From: an uncultured Nitrospiraceae bacterium
GTDB taxonomy: Bacteria > Nitrospirota > Thermodesulfovibrionia > Thermodesulfovibrionales > Dissulfurispiraceae
Reading direction: 5' to 3'
Length of the DNA: 64,000 nucleotides
Assembly: GCA_963705105.1 (NCBI GenBank)
Contig: CAVPIW010000009.1
Location: 32,001 to 96,000, forward strand
Numbering within the stretch: position 1 is the stretch's first letter; the number at the start of each line of letters is the position of its first letter. Below the pieces are notes generated by a model, which worked only from the letters and a program-made list of their open reading frames with translations, searched no databases and was not told where the DNA came from. Shown piece by piece: positions 62,067 to 64,000 of the stretch. The translations under genes and the position numbers were made by a program.

Positions 62067-63113
62067 TCAGAGGGAACTCGCGATCGCCTGTATGAGCCGG
62101 GCTTTCGCCGCCTCGTCATACTTGAAAAGGTCCGGAGAGGGCAGTTCGATGAGAAGGGCCGGGGTCTGCACCCGGCTCAGCATCGGCAGGGGCAGCTTCT
62201 CCTGCCGCACCGTCAGGTTGAGGTCGCGCTTGAGGTTTTGCACGATGTTGCCGGTGACCGTCGTTTCAATCCCCCTGCCCGCGGCCGTCTTCGTCTCCTG
62301 GCGCTCGTTTGCGGCCTCGCCGCCATCGCCTGCAGGCGCCGTAAAGACGACGACATCGCCCCTCCGCGAGAGATGGAGGCTGATGACCATGTCAGGCGCC
62401 GCCCTGCGCACCAACCGGATCCTCTCCTTGAGGGGGAGTCTCTGGTCTCCCTTTCGGGTCAGCTGGACGCGCTTCCCCTTTTTCGTCAGGGCCTGGGAAA
62501 GGTCTTTCGAAAGGGCAAGTACGAGGTTTTTTTCCATGAAACCCTCACCCTGGAGGCCGTGGTCGACCCCCCCGTGGCCGGCGTCGATGACGACAGTTTT
62601 CGGCGAAGGCGGCGCTTCGGGCTGCGGCGGAGCAGCGGCGGGCTTTTCCGGCTGTGCCTGCTGGGGAGGCTGGACGGGCGCCCCGGTATAGACATCGATG
62701 ACGAGCCTCGGCGGCGTCGTCAGTCTCGACACGGAATGGGTGCTCATTTGGTTAAACATGATCGTGCACCTGTCCTCGGAGGCGATGATCGTGACGCCGG
62801 GCCCCATTTCCGTCTGCACATTTTTTCCGAGGGGACCTTTCCTTTCGGTCATGAATTCGACGGGCCGCGGGAAGATGACCTGGAGAACCGGTCCTGTCAT
62901 GCGTTTGACCGACGCCTGCTGTGTCACGCTGTCGGAAGCGATGAAAACAATGCGGACGAAATCCACGTGGCGGCCCGTCCGGACGATGACACGGTTGTCC
63001 TCCTGGGCGGCGGCCCCTCCGGCAAGGAGAGCGAAAATGCAGAGCGATACTTTTACGGCATAAAAAGACGGGGCAAAGTGCCTCAACGCCTTGCCGATAG
63101 CGACATTGATCAT
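62067..63113 (-). CDS. N-acetylmuramoyl-L-alanine amidase (Amidase_3 with AMIN-like N-terminal domain); start inside MITE
   Basis: PPRLVIDV, VIDAGHGG, EK, SLH, LIE. The signal peptide n-region is repeat-derived. Alternative starts run up to 63227. Confidence 0.85.
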   Translation of the reverse strand: MINVAIGKALRHFAPSFYAVKVSLCIFALLAGGAAAQEDNRVIVRTGRHVDFVRIVFIASDSVTQQASVKRMTGPVLQVIFPRPVEFMTERKGPLGKNVQTEMGPGVTIIASEDRCTIMFNQMSTHSVSRLTTPPRLVIDVYTGAPVQPPQQAQPEKPAAAPPQPEAPPSPKTVVIDAGHGGVDHGLQGEGFMEKNLVLALSKDLSQALTKKGKRVQLTRKGDQRLPLKERIRLVRRAAPDMVISLHLSRRGDVVVFTAPAGDGGEAANERQETKTAAGRGIETTVTGNIVQNLKRDLNLTVRQEKLPLPMLSRVQTPALLIELPSPDLFKYDEAAKARLIQAIASSL

Positions 63114-63258
63114 TCTAAGTTCGTGTATCAGGATTTCGTCCTTTGTGGCATCGACCGTCTGCCTGAAATGGTCTTTATGCGAAGGCAAAGGTGTCGCAGC
63201 ACCAGGGCTATCCGGCACCTTCGCCACGCCTTTTGGGAGGGCTTGTGCAACAATGCGG
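63049..63258 (-). mobile_element. Degenerate MITE subtype B overlapping the amidase 5' end
   Basis: AAAAGACGGGGCAAAGTGCCTCAACGCC...GGCAAAGGTGTCGCAGCACC...TGCAACAATGCGG. Matches 46191-46615 and 8120-8318 in reverse. Confidence 0.75.
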
Positions 63259-63380
63259 TTGAAACATCATGAAAAGGCAGGGCTTCGTACCTCAAAATCT
63301 TTTCGGATCAGACATTGATTATTCCGGTTATGCCGGGTGTTCAGAAAGCATACACAATGATTCCGCTATCTTTCAAGCTC

Positions 63381-63542
63381 GATGGATTGGAAAAAAGTCG
63401 TCATCCCCGGCAAAGCCTGTCCCCGCGGATAGTAAGCGGGAAGCAGGTATCCGGACCGCAGGAAAGGGACTCAAAATGCCGCATTCCCGTCTGCACGGGA
63501 ATGACGGACAAGCATCTGTCAGGCTTTCTTGCGAGGTTGTCA
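63381..63542. repeat. Second repeat type: GTCATYCCCG...CGGGAATGAC palindromic element with an ATTCCC-N8-GGGAAT core
   Basis: Core at 63483-63502. Outer imperfect arms GATGGATTGGAAAAAAGTC / GGCTTTCTTGCGAGGTTGTCA. Confidence 0.6.
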
Positions 63543-63545
63543 TGC

Positions 63546-63599
63546 TTGCAAAAGGAGAGCGGATTCGATTACAATTGAAATTGAGACTTAATCTCATTT
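63546..63599 (+). promoter_or_regulatory. feoB promoter with Fur-like box
   Basis: TTGCAA-N18-TACAAT followed by the palindrome AATTGAGACTTAATCTCATTT upstream of a ferrous iron transporter. Confidence 0.65.
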
Positions 63600-63712
63600 G
63601 ATTTTTGAATCGGATCGTAAGGACAGGGCGAAAATGCCACGACAGAAGCCATTGATGGAAAACGAACCATTCCTTCACTCACACTTGCACTCTCACAGGC
63701 ACTGACGCTGCT

Positions 63713-64000
63713 ATGGTGACGGAACAGGCCCAGAAGGCGCAGAAAACGAAGAAGCATGCCCCCAATCTTGAGAAGATCGCCCTCGTCGGCAATCCGAACG
63801 TCGGCAAAAGCGCCATCTTCGGGCTTCTGACGGGCAAATACGTCGCCGTCTCGAACTACCCCGGCACAACCGTCGAGGTGACGCAGGGCAACCTTTCCCT
63901 CGATCACCACCGCATCGTCCTCATCGACACTCCCGGCGTGAACAGCCTCATCCCCATGAGCGAAGACGAGAAAGTGACCCGTGACATCCTCCTCATCCAG
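63713..64000 (+). CDS. feoB: Ferrous iron transport protein B, N-terminal GTPase (3' truncated by window)
   Basis: KIALVGNPNVGKS, VSNYPGTTVE, IDTPG. Missing from the ORF track because there is no stop in the window. Confidence 0.9.
   Translation, partial: MVTEQAQKAQKTKKHAPNLEKIALVGNPNVGKSAIFGLLTGKYVAVSNYPGTTVEVTQGNLSLDHHRIVLIDTPGVNSLIPMSEDEKVTRDILLIQ

Overview
A 64 kb GC-rich bacterial chromosome segment. Gene content and style suggest an anaerobic Nitrospirota (Thermodesulfovibrionia-like) or deltaproteobacterial-type organism; this is inference. It has three layers. (1) From 0.9 to 7.3 kb lies a lower-GC, decaying chromosomal integron: about 6 minus-strand cassettes separated by attC sites, an attI-like site, a 5' stub of an integron integrase, an ISL3 inserted in one cassette (8-bp TSD), and a 1528-bp tandem duplication covering a Phd/RelE toxin-antitoxin cassette, a DUF6855-like cassette and attI. 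(2) A core backbone: tsaD, system II cytochrome c maturation, a two-component system whose kinase has a CxxCH motif, a multiheme cytochrome/NrfD/FeS/cytochrome b respiratory operon, pabB-like, dcd, hypABC, tadA, ino1 with a CDP-alcohol phosphatidyltransferase, recO, era, aspC, a PA2779/PA2778/TPR trio, alr, tatA, mobA, dnaB, rplI, Mla/MCE, mtgA, pckA, truA, dksA, frr-pyrH-tsf-rpsB, ktrAB, folP, ftsH, rph, murI, an amidase and the start of feoB behind a Fur-like box. (3) The most striking unannotated signal is a family of about 200-340 bp palindromic MITE-like elements with ends CCTT..GTTGCA / TGCAAC..AAGG, a GAAAGGCGGGGC core and 4-bp TSDs. It occurs at about 15 loci in 3 subtypes, including nested and tandem copies and a copy with compensatory stem changes. 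Several old copies now appear to supply the start codon or N-terminus of host genes (era, two lipoproteins, an amidase).
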